The notes under the pieces: generated by a model
What the model was told of the DNA's origin: nothing
What the model saw: only the letters and a program-made list of their open reading frames with translations
The model's database searches: none
Position numbers and translations under genes: made by a program
NCBI GenBank assembly: GCA_964658305.1
Contig: OZ210885.1
Location: 21,700,001-21,764,000 of the forward strand
DNA: 64,000 bases
Direction of reading: 5' to 3'
Origin: Leptogorgia sarmentosa
Lineage: Eukaryota
In this document: one piece after another, positions 49,490-62,283 of the stretch
How positions within the stretch are numbered: the first letter of the stretch is position 1
How the letters are laid out: every line of letters begins with the position of its first letter

Positions 49490-50744
49490 CTAGTCGGAAT
49501 CGCTTTCAATCATGACAGTTCGTCGTCGCTTCGTTTCTGTAGAAATTTGACCAACATCCGATCGGGCGTGTGGCATGACATTTGTGAAACAAGTTATCAA
49601 ACATCTGATGCTTGCTTTCTTGTCGTACCAATGACTGGCTAAAACACGGATTATCGAAGGCCATATTTGTTGTTGTTGAACTCGGTTGTTGGGAGACAAT
49701 ATTCGGGGAAGCGCTTGATATCTGCAAGTTGTTTCAGCGAGATATCTTTGTGGAAAGATCTCGTTGCTCAACCTTGTCTCCTTCGTCGTAGTTGTCAAGG
49801 GACTGCAGGTTTCGGTGGCCGGTAACTTTCACGATAGAGGATCGCTCGACATTACTTTTTTTCAACTTATTAACCAAAGTCTTTCGAGCGCTGTGGTTAG
49901 TCAATTTCTTGCAGCTGGCTTCGAGTGACGTCCCAGCTATGATTCGCTTCATCATTTGATTAATACGATTGATGCCCATTGGTTGTGCTTTAAACCAAAT
50001 CTCGTCTTTCGCGTTGTAGTTGACAGAAAGGTAAAAGGGGCCTGTTGTTTTCATTTGCTGTGGTCGTCTTGACAAGTATTCTTTGAAAAGCGATATGGGA
50101 CAACGTTCTCCTCCTGTGGCAAACATTTTTGGTGAAAAATCTTGGGATTCCTTTGATAATCCACCACCTCTTGTTTTAGTCATCCCTTCAGCAAATTCAA
50201 CGTATTCGCAAACTGCAAAGTCATCTACTTTCATGCTGTGGTGTTCTTGCCGGCCTTTAAACCAAAATACTGAGTGAGTATCCACCAAATTGTGTTGACC
50301 AAGCTTTCTGGGCTATTTTTCCCAAGTTTGTTAGCTTCCCACAGCACTTCTTCGTCCTCCTCAGACAAACTTCTTGCCTTGTTTTGACGCTTGCCTTTTC
50401 CTTCTTCGCAAAGTCGTCTGGCTTTACCTTCGAGCACTTGCTTTGAAGTACAAAACTCTGTCACGAATAATGGAGTGTTTATAACCGTGTTCTTTTAAAT
50501 AACAGTCAATAGCTGCAATCGTTACACGGAGACTGTCCGGCTCGTAATCTTGTCCGTCTTTATTTCTCACTTCAGCGTAAAATTGTTGAAGTGGTCTGTC
50601 TAACTCACTCGCTTCGTAACTTTCAATTTCTTCGGAAAATCCTTTGTCTTTTGCCCAGCTTTTAAATACGGCTATCCAAAATTTAGTACTAATGGATGTG
50701 TTTTTGTTTTTTGCATTGTTTTGAAGCTCTTCAATAGCGTACAT
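49490..50744 (-). pseudogene. Crypton-type tyrosine recombinase (DUF3504; ZMYM/QRICH1/KCTD1-related)
   Basis: FYAEVRNKDGQDYEPDSL, GKGKRQNKA, YFGL-x-GRQEH, TKTRGGG, RCPISLFKEYLSRRP, PMGINRI, TNHSARKT, VTGHRNLQSLDNY; frameshifts. Confidence 0.88.
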
Positions 50745-53057
50745 GTCTACATTTGGAAATCTTTGCTCACCACTGACTGACTTTATGCAGCTCCCAAACT
50801 GCTCTTCGAACCATCACACATCACCGTCACAGGTTTCTTCACATCATAGTATGCAAGAACTGGCACCTTTGTTAGTATTTCTTTTACTTCTCGGAATGCT
50901 TTTTCCTGTGCACCTCCCCATTGAAACTCCACGTCCCTTTTCATAACCTCTCTAATCAGCTGCATTATCGTGGACATGTTGGGTATAAACTTTGCTAGAT
51001 AGTTCACTGTACCAAGCAATCTTTCAGCCCTTTCTTATCTTCGGGAGGGGGCATCCGATTAATGGCTTTAACCCTCTGCTCATCCGGTTTCACACCGTCT
51101 CGGGTTAACTTGTGACCGATATAGGTGACTTCTTTCACTCGAAACTTGCATTTCTCTTTGTTGAGAGTTAGGTTGATCTCTTCACATCGTTTTCGGCTCC
51201 CCAAACCAAGATATCATCCACATCTGTTTCCACGCCCTCAAGACCCCCAAAGGATTGACACATACGTTTCTGGAATACTTCTTGCGCAGACTTGATTCCA
51301 AATGGCATCCTTTTGTAACAGTAACGGCCAAATAGTGTGTTGAATGTGGTCAGCAATCATCTCTCTTCATCTAGTGGTATTTGCCAATAGCCATGATTTG
51401 CGTCCAGTTTGGAGAACACCCTGCCTCTGGCCACACGCGTCGTGATTTCCTCTATTGTTGGCATCTTGAAATGTTCTCGCTTGATAGCTTCATTGAGTGG
51501 TCTCGGATCAAGACAAATTCGTAGTTTATCACTGTTTGGCTTCTCTATGATCACTGTCGAATTCACCCACTCGGTTGGACATCGACTTTCTCATTGACTC
51601 CCTTTTCTTCCATTTCGTCAAGTGAAGACTTCAGCCTCTCTCTGAGCGCAACTGGTGTACTTCTTAAGGGGCTGACGACAGGTGTAATCGTAGTGTCGAC
51701 TTCGATGTGGTATGGATTCTTTAGGCATCCCAAACCTTTAAATACTTTAGGGAATTTCTGATGAAGTGTTTCTGCTGACTGACCAATCCCGTTGTTCACA
51801 TTCATGATGATTTTGATCAGATTCAGTTCTTGAGAAGCTTTCAAACCAATGATGGGAACTTGCCCAGTTTTCACCACGAAAAACTTCAATGTCTTGTTGT
51901 TACATTTCAGCTTGCATTCTCCGACAACCGGTAGGTGATCGCCAGTGTAACTTGTTAACCTTGCTGTTGGTCTTACTAACCGGGTTTGTTTCAACTTCAT
52001 CTTCTCGAATGTAAGTAAGGGTATTATATTGGCTTGTGATCCCGTGTCGATCTTAAACTTTATCTTGTTTCCCTCGATTGATAAAGTTTTGAAAACATTC
52101 TCTTCGTTATCAATTGAATTAACCGCTCCAATAAACAACGGTTCGTCATCCGCACTCGCTTTGTCCACTGCCTGTATTTTCTTTGACTTGCAGACTTTAG
52201 CGAAATGATTCTTTTTGTCACACTTGAAACATTTCTTGCCAAAAGCTGGGCATTCTTTCGCAGGATGAGTCTTTCTGCACTTTCCACAACAGGATGTTTT
52301 TTCTTGTTTGTTGGCATCGTTTTGCTTGAAATCACGCCTTCGATTTGCATCTAATTTGCTACGATAATTTCCTGATTAGCCATGTTTTCCTATGGCCTTG
52401 ACGCTCTGAACATCGTTTAGCACTTGGAGTTGTTCCTCAGACTGTTCGTTTATTTGACATACTTCTAGCGCTTTATCTAACGTTAACTCTCGTTCTCGTA
52501 ATAACCGTTCTCTCACACGCTCCTATTTTATTCCGTAAACAACACGGTCCCTAATCAACTCGTCCTCAAGAGACCCAAAGCTGCAATTCTTAGCAAGCAA
52601 TTTAAGTTCAGTTACGTACTGATCGGCTGTTTAGTTGTCTCTTTGCACTCTTACTTCGTATTAAACTTGTATCTTTCCATAATCGTGTTTCTTCTGGGTT
52701 CACAATACTTGTCAAACTTTTCGAATATCACGTCGATTTTGTCCGTTTGAGCCTCTGTAAACTTCATAATGTTATAAATATCTCGCCCGTCTTGTCCGAT
52801 CACATACCGGAACGCAGCACATTGTTCTTTCTCGCTGGCTTTAGACATGTTTAATCCAAGATATAACTGCATAGTTTCCTTCCATCGTCTCCATCTTTCG
52901 GATAACGACAACTGTTCAGTTGTTGAAAAGTTCATTTCTAAAGGAGGCTTCATAAACGGCTCCATCCTGACACCATGTAATGTTATTAGCCTGTTTATTA
53001 TTTTAAAACGACCCTTATATAACTACATGAATCTAATTAGCATATGAATATATTACA
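50745..53057 (-). mobile_element. 3'-truncated Gypsy LTR retrotransposon (gag, protease, RT, start of RNase H)
   Basis: Short LTR 52976-53057 (TGTAAT...ATTACA); PBS TGGTGTCAGGA (tRNA-Leu-like) next to the gag ATG; FKIDTGSQAN, LRICLDPRPLN, MPFGIKSA, VDDILVWG, CDGSKSSLGA. Confidence 0.88.
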
Positions 53058-53175
53058 TATATATTAGTAGTGTCCTGAATCCAAAAGTTTTGTTCCGCAG
53101 TTTTGGCAGAACATAATACTGCGAATCACATACTCAAGGTTATGACATAAAGTATTAAAGAAGTCGAAGTACTAT

Positions 53176-56100
53176 CAGACATGAAGTATTTACTTTGTAT
53201 GGCCTGTCGCAGTCACACGTACTGCGGGCGCCGGAAACATGCGCGCACATTAGTTTTAAATTTCTACGGAAGGCGTCGACAGCGTTACCACTTTCAAGGA
53301 AATTCAGTGTTCCAAATGAGGCCCTTTAAGCCTGGAAACCCCAATTTGGGAAAATCTTCATTTCAGGCAATAAATTCATGAATTGTGAAAAATTAGGCAA
53401 ACATCAAACAGTAAGTTAGGCTTTGAAGAACAGCTGAATTAAAGATCTGAGATCACTGAAATCAACCTAAAAGGAGCACTAATATGTCTAAATTTATATA
53501 CCAGTTTTATTTTTATACCGTTTATAAATTGTCTAGGCAGACTTGTGTATCCAAAGTGTATATCCAAAGTGTATATCCAAAGGTCAAAGGTCTCAATTGT
53601 ATCATGTTTAATTGTGGCTTAAGTGGTTCGCTTCTTACCGTGAGAGTAACGTCATTGCCTAATTTTTTGTGCGCGTAAACTGGAAACAACCTAGTTTATA
53701 AACTTTAGGTTGTTTCCACGCTCTTGCGCACAAAAGACTAGGTTGTTTCTAGGCCACTGCGCACTAAAAACTAGGTTGTTTTTAGGCCCCTGCAAGCTCA
53801 AATCCGAAAGAATTCAGTGCATCAGCACTGCAACTGCATGTTTTACATACCTCTGTCTGGGTGTAAAGCATTTATGTTTAAATTGTATGAATACACATTC
53901 AAGTGTATCAATATGTTTTAAATTTTGAATGCGCGCAATAATGCAGGGCCAGGATTTATTTTCACGGCTTGCTTAATGGTACACTAGTCATATTAAACAC
54001 TGTTTATTGCGCAAATTGTCTACATTGAGTGAACTGGCTGCGTAAGCCGTAACTTTGTATATTTTTGACTTCGAGAATGAGACAATATCGTTAATTACTG
54101 AATATAATTAAGCAAATATAAACAGAAAAGGTGCGCTATATCCTCTGTCTGTTATTTTCTGTACTTTTCAATTCTCAGTGATATTTATTGATTGCTGAAA
54201 CTATTATTGAATAGATATTACTTTACGCATAGTCATGCAACCTTTGACATGCATGTTATAAATCATCTAAGACTAAGTGGTTGTTGTCAAAATCTACAAG
54301 GTCACGTTTCTTTATCACTTGTTGAGCCACGGGCTACTTGTATAAAGATATCATTATCACGCATTTTTTGAAAGAAACATGCTAAAAGGAATAATAAACA
54401 TGCCTAAATTGTTTTCGTCTTTTGTACATAATTGGGAATAACACCATATTATAGTACTGTTGGATTCCTCAGATAGTTTGTTGTATGTAGTTTGAAATAG
54501 TTTTGTGTTGCCATAAAGTACAATTTTACGTAATCACTTCACGCCTTAAGGCGAGGCAATGGAATTTGCTTCGTAACTAAACATTACATCATTTTCCAAG
54601 TAAAGATTATGACAACATAAAAAGCGAACTGGATGTGATGTCACAGCTGCTATAAAAGGAGGAGAATGCTAATTACCATTAATTTAAAATAAGGAATATA
54701 GAAAGAGATTAGAGATATCGTTTTATATTATTATTAACATAGAAGAAAAACTCATCATGTGATATGTTACGAGCGAGAAGTTATAAGTCAAACATAAGTC
54801 GATGTACTCTAATAAATTGTTCGTACCAAAATTTTCGGCTTGATAATTTGAAAACTCATTTGAAATCGAAAAGGCATAAAATTAGTAATATCGTGGTCCT
54901 AAATAGAATCTTCGATATGGTTTGAAGCAACTCCCTCCCAGAAGGAACTCTTCTTCGTGTTAAAAATGACGAAGTTATTGAGGTTGCCACATCCATGGGC
55001 TCACAGCAAAGAACAACAGCGTCAACAATGAGTATAATCCCGGCAATGCCATCAATCCAAGATCAAGCTGCCAGTAGTTCTAGTTCTACATTACCAATAC
55101 CGAGCGATCGAATGATTCGACACTTATGTTGGAAAGACTGCGTCCTGACGACCCAACTGTTAGTGTCACTGCTGCTACCAGTGATGTACAACCTCCTCAA
55201 ACACAAGCATCAACGTCGAGACATGAAATCAACTCACTGCAAGAAGCTGTCGCATCCTTACACCATGCCATTCAGAAAATTAACATCAATGAGAGGAACA
55301 TGAAAACTATTCTTGTGGATACGAAAACGGTTCTTGAGAGCAAACTTTCTGAAATCAATCAGCGTTTAGACAAGGCTGATGATGTAATTACAGGTGTTGA
55401 TAACACCACCCAGTCATTGGTACAGTTACAGATGACGTATCCTTGGCTTCAAGTTAATCTTAGGTCACCACCAAACGCACCTTTAGGAGCATGTTGTTTA
55501 TGCCAACGCCACTCTTTACAGATATGTTCGCTTCGTGGCTATTCCAGCACACAGAAATGACTTGATTGTTCCGTTGTTCTTGACAGCGATCATCGCGTGC
55601 AAAAAATAAAAAGTCATGAACAGTCCGATTGTCGTAAAGTCAGTACGTCAGCAGAAGAGCAAAGAAAAAAGGATGCAATTTTGACATCTTTGCTGATATC
55701 ACAGAAGAAGGAAGAAGATGTTACAGAGAGGTTTCTTTTGCGATGTTATGGGCTTATACAGTGCCACGTACCGTATAACAGATACCCATTTCTAACATAT
55801 TTGCACCATCTGCAAGGAGTGGAAGTAGGAAACAGACACTTAACTGATATGGCAATGGCTAGTGCTACTGATTGTATATATGATGTACAATTGCGTTCTT
55901 TGGTGCGGTTTATTAATTCATCCAATCCTTCGACCGGTCGTCTCCGCCACTGCCATTTATCATTTGATAAAGTAACAGTTGAGCATGTCACGCGTCAGGT
56001 AGTTAACCTTAGTGGAGAACATGTATGTGTCAATGGAAATCAAAGTGTAATTTCCCGACATAAAGATCCTCTGCCAGATTATACAATAAGTCTCGGCAAT

Positions 56101-57251
56101 GTACCAGCTGCCAACCATGGCAGTGATGCTAGAGGTGTATTTTCCCATGTTTATGACTTTCTGCGGAACGACCTAAAAATGTCAGATGAAACAATAGGTC
56201 AAGTCGTGACATCGTCATCATCAGACTGCGAAGCGGTGTATACTGGTGAAATTCAGGGTCTTCAACGTCTTTGGAAAGAGAAATTCAATCGTGCTCATCT
56301 CCATTTTTCTGACAGGGCGCACAAGATTGAATCCATGATAGGCAAAATTCGAAAGGAATCTGAAATGAAATGGCTCGATGAAATTTTGTCACAACTGGAT
56401 AGCATGATTTCAAAAATTTGCCAGTCCCCAAAGCAGCATAGAAATCTTAGACATATGTTGCTACACTTAGTGATTCATTGGTAAGGAGTATGAAGAGATT
56501 GGTTGAAACAAGATTCATATGTTTCATGGTTGGTTCGATCGATGCTGTTTTAACCAATGCTTATGTTCTGGAACTACTATGGCAAGGAGAAGCTGCTGAA
56601 GGAGACAACGAAGTTCGCAGACATTTGAAGAATCTGGTTAGCCCACTTTTCCTACCAACTTTGTTGATACTTGCGGACATTTTTAGCCAGTCAACATTTG
56701 CCAGTGAGACTGCACAATCGGATATATATCCACTGTGGGTTGACAAAGCTAATGTTGATAAATCTATTGGAAACATCCATAAAATGAATCAATTGCCTGT
56801 TTTTGAAAATTCACTAAACAAACGGCTGCGTCTTCAGCACCACAACATCCTGGAAGGCAGTTTTACACCGAATCCTAACAAACCAGACCAACAAGTAAAC
56901 ATTTTGCAACATGATATTCAATTTCAACCTCATGTAAGGAGTCAGGAACAACCGTTAACACCCGATGACATCATCAACACAGTTCAAGAAAGATTGAAGC
57001 AGTTAACTTCATCAATATTGCGAGAGGCGCCAACGTTCTTAGGAATGAGCGAGCAGGAATTGAGCGTAGTAAAGAAATTTGATGTCAAATCATTCAATTT
57101 TCATGACGAGAGAAGTCTTTGTGAACAGTACAATGATAATTTCAAATCTTTTGCCAGGCACCTCAATATCGGAAACCTTTCATGCCCTAGAGATAGCTGC
57201 AGTGAAATATGTGTGATTGGATATGCTTTCTCCCTTCGAGTGCTCGTATAA
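53176..57251 (+). mobile_element. Truncated hAT-like element with degenerate ZNF862-like transposase (~54917-57251)
   Basis: Left end CAGACATGAAGTA; CTAGGTTGTTT repeats at 53690-53785; HLSFDKVT, SSDCEAVYTG..GL, DRAHKIES, KRLVETRF. No right TIR found. Confidence 0.6.
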
Positions 57252-57282
57252 TCATAATTATACGGGCGCGGCGCTGGTATAA

Positions 57283-57770
57283 TTAACAGTTATTCTGCGA
57301 ACTCGAGTCGTATATGCGCTGATAGTCGACAAGGCGCCTAGCGCCGAGTTATCCTATCAGACGGAATTAAAATAGTGAACATTACGTTTAAACTATAGCC
57401 AGTTTTAAATTTCAGCAGTTTTAATCTGTATTTTTCTGCATTTGAAAGTACAATACAAATTTCACCGTTGTAAAATGTCAACAAACAGCAACAAGCGATC
57501 CAACTCAATCAAGCGATGAATTTTATAGCGTCGAGTCCGGTTTTCCAGATTCAAAACTGCAGAATTAACATTTACTCACTAAACTTCTTGAATTTTATTC
57601 TTTAATCGATCGCAAAGACGTTTTTAACTGTTGAAAACTTTAATTCCGGCTTCGCTCTTTCCGCCATTTTGTTTGTTTTTCTCTACTAGCAGGATATGAG
57701 CTAATACCCTGCTGGTAGGGAGCCAATCACATTGCAGAATAGCTCATATCCAGCACTTGTGTATATAATA
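57283..57770. mobile_element. Short Crypton-like non-autonomous element (reverse orientation)
   Basis: Begins TTAACAGTTATTC with hairpin GGCGCCTAGCGCC; ends CCAATCA...TATATAAT, the mirror of the 38564-type elements. Confidence 0.4.
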
Positions 57771-57916
57771 ATTTAAATTATACTTCACACTCTCCGGTCG
57801 AAATGTATGGAATACAATTGGTAGATTCCAACGCATAAGCGTAACGAACAACTGTTACCCTGAAATTAACACAATGCACCAAGCATGAATAATGTTTATT
57901 ATTGTAAGTTCATACT

Positions 57917-58640
57917 CTATGAACAAGCTAGAACTGTTGTCCCAAACAAAATAGGAAAAGCCGGTTTATAATAAAACTTATTAAATGTTGCTGAATTAGT
58001 CCAGTCAGCCATAGACATAATAGTGTCAATACTTAATCCTGCCCGTTTTGCAGCTGATGTAGATGCCCCTCTAACAGAGTGTCCCTTGAATATTTCCTCC
58101 TTAACGCCAGCCAGGCGAATTACTTCTTTCAGCCAGCGTGACACCGTAGCCGAGGTTATGGGTTTATGAGGTCTCTTTAGTGCCAAAAATAACCGTTGTT
58201 GTTGCATGTTGTCAGATGGTCTAAAGTCCTTAGTTTTTTCGAGATAGTCCGAAAGACACTGGACTGGGCATAACAGCGGATCTTGTGGAAACTTGGGGTA
58301 TACTGATTCACCCAAAGCACCTTGATTTGACCTCTTACGAAATGTCGTATGCAGAAACTTGACACCCTCTGGGTAATTTCGCATATACCTGATGTCCAAT
58401 GTGGCCATGATCGAACTCCTCTCCGGATCGAAACACATTGATTGTGCGATATTCTTTGCCAGCAGAGAATTGTTCAGCCAAAAAGGTTAAGATATCCTCT
58501 ATTGGACCAAGTACGGGATCGCTTTGCCGTTTATGACACCAGCTACTCCATGAAGACCAGGAGTAGTTGTACGACTTGGAGGTAGAGGCCTTAACACTGT
58601 TGGCGAGAAGGTCGGTAGCTGTTCGAGAAAGTCCCGATGC
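57917..58640 (-). pseudogene. DIRS tyrosine recombinase, internally deleted at ~58425
   Basis: SVKASTSKSYNYSWSSW...YRTINVFRS then LCPVQCL..Y, LFLA..PHKP...TVSRWLK, KGHSVRGASTS, ADW...TFNKFY. Confidence 0.88.
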
Positions 58641-60485
58641 TGTGAAGGATTGCCGGATATTCTCCAGACAGCTAGTCTGAGGCTCGGGAAGAGAGGATGA
58701 ATTGTCCCTGGCCTGGACACATCCCTCAGTAGTTCTTGATCGTTCCCCAGATAAACGGGGTAATCGATCAGCATCTCCAACAGAAGTGGCCACCATGGCT
58801 GTGCCGACCACAGAGGGGCTACTAAGACTAGTGTCGCCCCGTCCGTCTTTGTTTTGTGCAGCACTGCATGGACCAGGTTGAATGGAGGAAAGGCATAAGC
58901 CGTGAGGTTGGCCCAGCTCATGGAGAACGCGTCCGTGTGAATTGCTTTCGGGTCCGGCCTCCAACTCACGTAACGATTGAGTTGGTGGGACAGACGCGAC
59001 GCGAACAGGTCTATCTGGCAGTTGGAGATCATTGGGCCAATCACACTTGTTTTCAGCTTCCAATCGTGCCAATCCCTGGTAACACATGACTCGATGTCTG
59101 CCGTCGTATTGTAGATACCCGGAATGTGTTGCGCGAGAAGAAATATGGATCTCTTCTTGCACCACTGCCATATTTCCAGGGTTAATTGGCGAAGCTGAGG
59201 GCAATGTGTGCCGCCCAAGTTGTTCAAATATGCCACTGCTGTGGTGTTGTCCAACTTCAGGCAAATTACCGTGTTCGTGTGCTGTTTCACAAAGGACTGC
59301 AGAGCAAGGAATGCGGCTTTCAGGTCGAGAAAGTTGATGTGATCCTGAGCCTCGCTCTGAGACCATTTCCCCCCGGTTCGCATTAGACCGAAGGATGCTC
59401 CCCAGCCTGTTTTGGAGGCATCCGAAGTCATCGTGAGTTCAGCCGTTGGGGGGAGAATCCGACTCCCTTCGCCACCGGCAGATTGGCAACCCACCATCGC
59501 AGATCTGTCCTGGTGGGTTCGGTCAGACTCACACATTGGTCGTAGGCTGACCATCGCTTCAGAGACCTTATTTGAAGGTCCTGGAGGTGGCGATAATGAA
59601 GGGGAGCAGACCAAATAGCCGGGATACATGTCGAATGGTCGGAAGTTCCGTCCGTAAAAGTTGCTGGCATTCTTTCTGAATTGATTGAGACTTTGTTTCG
59701 GGTAAGAGGAACGTCATGTTCACCGAATCTATGATGAATTCGAGAAATTGAATCGTTTGACTTGGGACTAACATGGATTTTTGGTAGTTGATCAAAAATC
59801 CCAAGGACTCTAGCAGGTCGATTGTGAGCTTTTTGTGGCGATTCAGATTGACGTGCGAGGGGGCGATCAACAGCAGATCGTCCAAATAAACTATTAGACG
59901 TATGCCTTGGCCGCGAAGCCAAGCTACAACCGGTTTTAGGAGCTTTGTGAAGATGCGAGGGGCTACATTGAGCCCGAATGGCATGGTTTGGAATTGGTAA
60001 GAATTTCCCCGCCACAAAAACCGAAGGAACCGTTGAGAGGTCGGACGAATGGGAACAGACAGGTAAGCGTCTGTTAAGTCTATGTTGATCATGTAATCTC
60101 CCTTGTTCAGGAGGGATTTTATGGTGGATAAATTTTCCAACTTGAAGTGAGTCGTCTCGATAAATGTGTTGAGATGACTGATGTCTAGCACTGGACGATA
60201 ACCCCTGTTTTTCTTGGGGACCAGGAACATCCTGTGGTAAAACGCGTTTTTGTCGAAGGGTACCTGAATAATGGCCCTTTTTGTTAAAAGGGTCTGAACT
60301 TCGTCGTCGATCCGTCGAGGATCTAGAATATTTGACTGAGGAACTCTCAACTGAAATGGGGCAGACCGAAAAACAATTTTGAAACCCTGAACAATATTTA
60401 AAACGCTTTGATCTAGTGTTATATTTAGCCAATTGACATAGAAAAAACGAAGCCTCCCGGTTAGTGTGAGTTTTGGTTGTTGCAA
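58499..60485 (-). pseudogene. DIRS RT, RNase H and N6-adenine methyltransferase-like domain
   Basis: FLVPKK..GYRPVLD, IDLTDAY, MPFGL..APRIFTK, YLDD; TSDASKTGWG, HINFLDLKA, LDNTTAVAY; IDLFASRLSHQL...DAF...YAFPPF. Confidence 0.92.
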
Positions 60486-61750
60486 AACTGGAATTGTTGG
60501 CCTTGCCGATTTCCCTGACCTTGGTGGCGAAATCTGCCCTTCGCGGCCCCGCGAAAAAACCGTTTCGATCCGTACGAGGACGGGCGAAATTTTTCGTTTT
60601 TTGCCTGGTATTTGGGAAAATGATGCCTCTCCGAGGTAAAGGTTTGCGAAGGTGGCTGACGTGAAGACAGGTTCTTATTCAAATTACGCGAAATATCAGC
60701 GCTGTCTGCCGCTAACTTGTTGATACCATTACCAAACAAGAGGGACCCCGAGTTGGGATATGGAGCTTCCGCCAATGAAATTTTGGCTGGATTGATCGCA
60801 TAAAGTATTTTCGAGCAGCCTAAAACCGAGAGGGAATTCGCAGCATTGCCCAACAAACAGAGAGCTTTTTCAATCAAGTGCAAAATGTTGTCGTTTGATG
60901 GAGTTTCCTTGTTTTCAAGGAGGTCATGAAGAACGGTTAGAGGAGCAGCAGCATTTAAAACGTGCCGCTGAACTTTAGACAATTCTTTGTCGCGATTTTC
61001 AGCTGTTTTTCTGTAATTTGGCAAGATTTGATCCGCCAGAGATTTATCAAGCTTGGGTGTCGTAAACACCTCTATGTTGGGGAGAGAAGTCTCCTCTAGA
61101 ATACTGAATATTTGGGATGAAGATAAAGACCTTCGAAAATTTTCGTCTAAATAGGATTTAAAACTATCAGATGGTTCCCAGCTTGGGCTTTCTGCAGTAG
61201 GACTAAACAACTGAAGTCTGTCAGTTTCCTTTTCTGCAGGCGAGTTTTGCTTGCGATTACAGTCGTTTGACGTTGACACATAAGCCGAATTGTTGTTCGG
61301 CACAGGGTTGGGCGATTTGCCCTTTGTGGAGCCATCTTTGTGGCAATCATGGGTGTCCAGGATTTCTGGACTTCCAGTGTCCAACTCCAGGTCTGGAGGA
61401 ACGGACACTGAGATTTGATCAATCGAGCTTGTCTCAAACGAGTGGTGACATAATGCTGACTGGTCGTCCTGTACGTCGCCATCAGCCACGAGCTGTACTT
61501 GATCGTTGCTCAAACACGATTGCTGAGTTACACTCGACTCTAACGCGCTCAGGCGATTGTCGAAGCTCTCCATGGAGGACGAGATAAGTGTTATCTTCTC
61601 CAGGACTGAATTTAAGGTACTAGCGGTGTTGTTTTCACCGTCCGCACGTCTATCGTGTGATTTATCACGACATGGTTTCTTTGAGCGGTGTTGAGATTTT
61701 GACGGACGAGATTGTTTGCGACTAGGCGATCCGGACCGCTTTGAAGCCAT
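60461..61750 (-). CDS. DIRS ORF1 (gag-like)
   Basis: 429-aa ORF upstream of RT inside the ITRs; PKLD...RDKELSKVQ...LLGNA...LLFG, basic C-terminus. Confidence 0.8.
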   Translation of the reverse strand: MASKRSGSPSRKQSRPSKSQHRSKKPCRDKSHDRRADGENNTASTLNSVLEKITLISSSMESFDNRLSALESSVTQQSCLSNDQVQLVADGDVQDDQSALCHHSFETSSIDQISVSVPPDLELDTGSPEILDTHDCHKDGSTKGKSPNPVPNNNSAYVSTSNDCNRKQNSPAEKETDRLQLFSPTAESPSWEPSDSFKSYLDENFRRSLSSSQIFSILEETSLPNIEVFTTPKLDKSLADQILPNYRKTAENRDKELSKVQRHVLNAAAPLTVLHDLLENKETPSNDNILHLIEKALCLLGNAANSLSVLGCSKILYAINPAKISLAEAPYPNSGSLLFGNGINKLAADSADISRNLNKNLSSRQPPSQTFTSERHHFPKYQAKNEKFRPSSYGSKRFFRGAAKGRFRHQGQGNRQGQQFQFCNNQNSH

Positions 61751-62283
61751 AGTTACCTAAATCTACAGTGTATATCTGTAGAACAATCACAATTAAGGTC
61801 CAGATGCAATAAAACAACGAAAAACAAATGAAATTTGACTTACCTGTCAAAATATAAACGTGACTCCAACGCACGAAAGAAAAAAGCCGAGGTATATTTA
61901 GGGGGGGACCAACTATGTGATGCAATAGCAGGGGCCTTCCCGCGCTTGCAATTTTTATTCTAGCCCCAGTGCTTTTGATTCGTGGCTCCAACGACGGATA
62001 GACAATGTCATACCAATTGTATTCCATACATTTCGACCGGAGAGTGTGAAGTATAATATCTAATAGTAAAAATAGTTAAAAGTTAAAGTTTCCTTTTTAA
62101 AACTGTTAATTCAACTATTCAAGGTATTTTCTGTACTGATATTTCCATCTTACATCACAGTAACTACATGAATTATCCAGAGTTTTGCAAAAAATGACAA
62201 CTGGACACTGGAACGCGGTCTCGTCTCCTACACATCTGACATCTTGCATGTTGTCTTCCTTTTAATTAATTACATGAATAAAT

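Larger units (their letters stand above)
57777..62057 (-). mobile_element. DIRS-type tyrosine-recombinase retrotransposon
   Basis: Perfect 47-bp inverted terminal repeats at 57777-57823 and 62011-62057; no TSD seen; overlapping gag, RT-RH-MT and YR ORFs. Confidence 0.93.

Noticed and set aside
49490..50744. Host ZMYM/QRICH1/KCTD1 gene or prophage integrase
   Set aside because: Intronless, frameshifted, retains YR catalytic motifs, and has no host or phage domains nearby.
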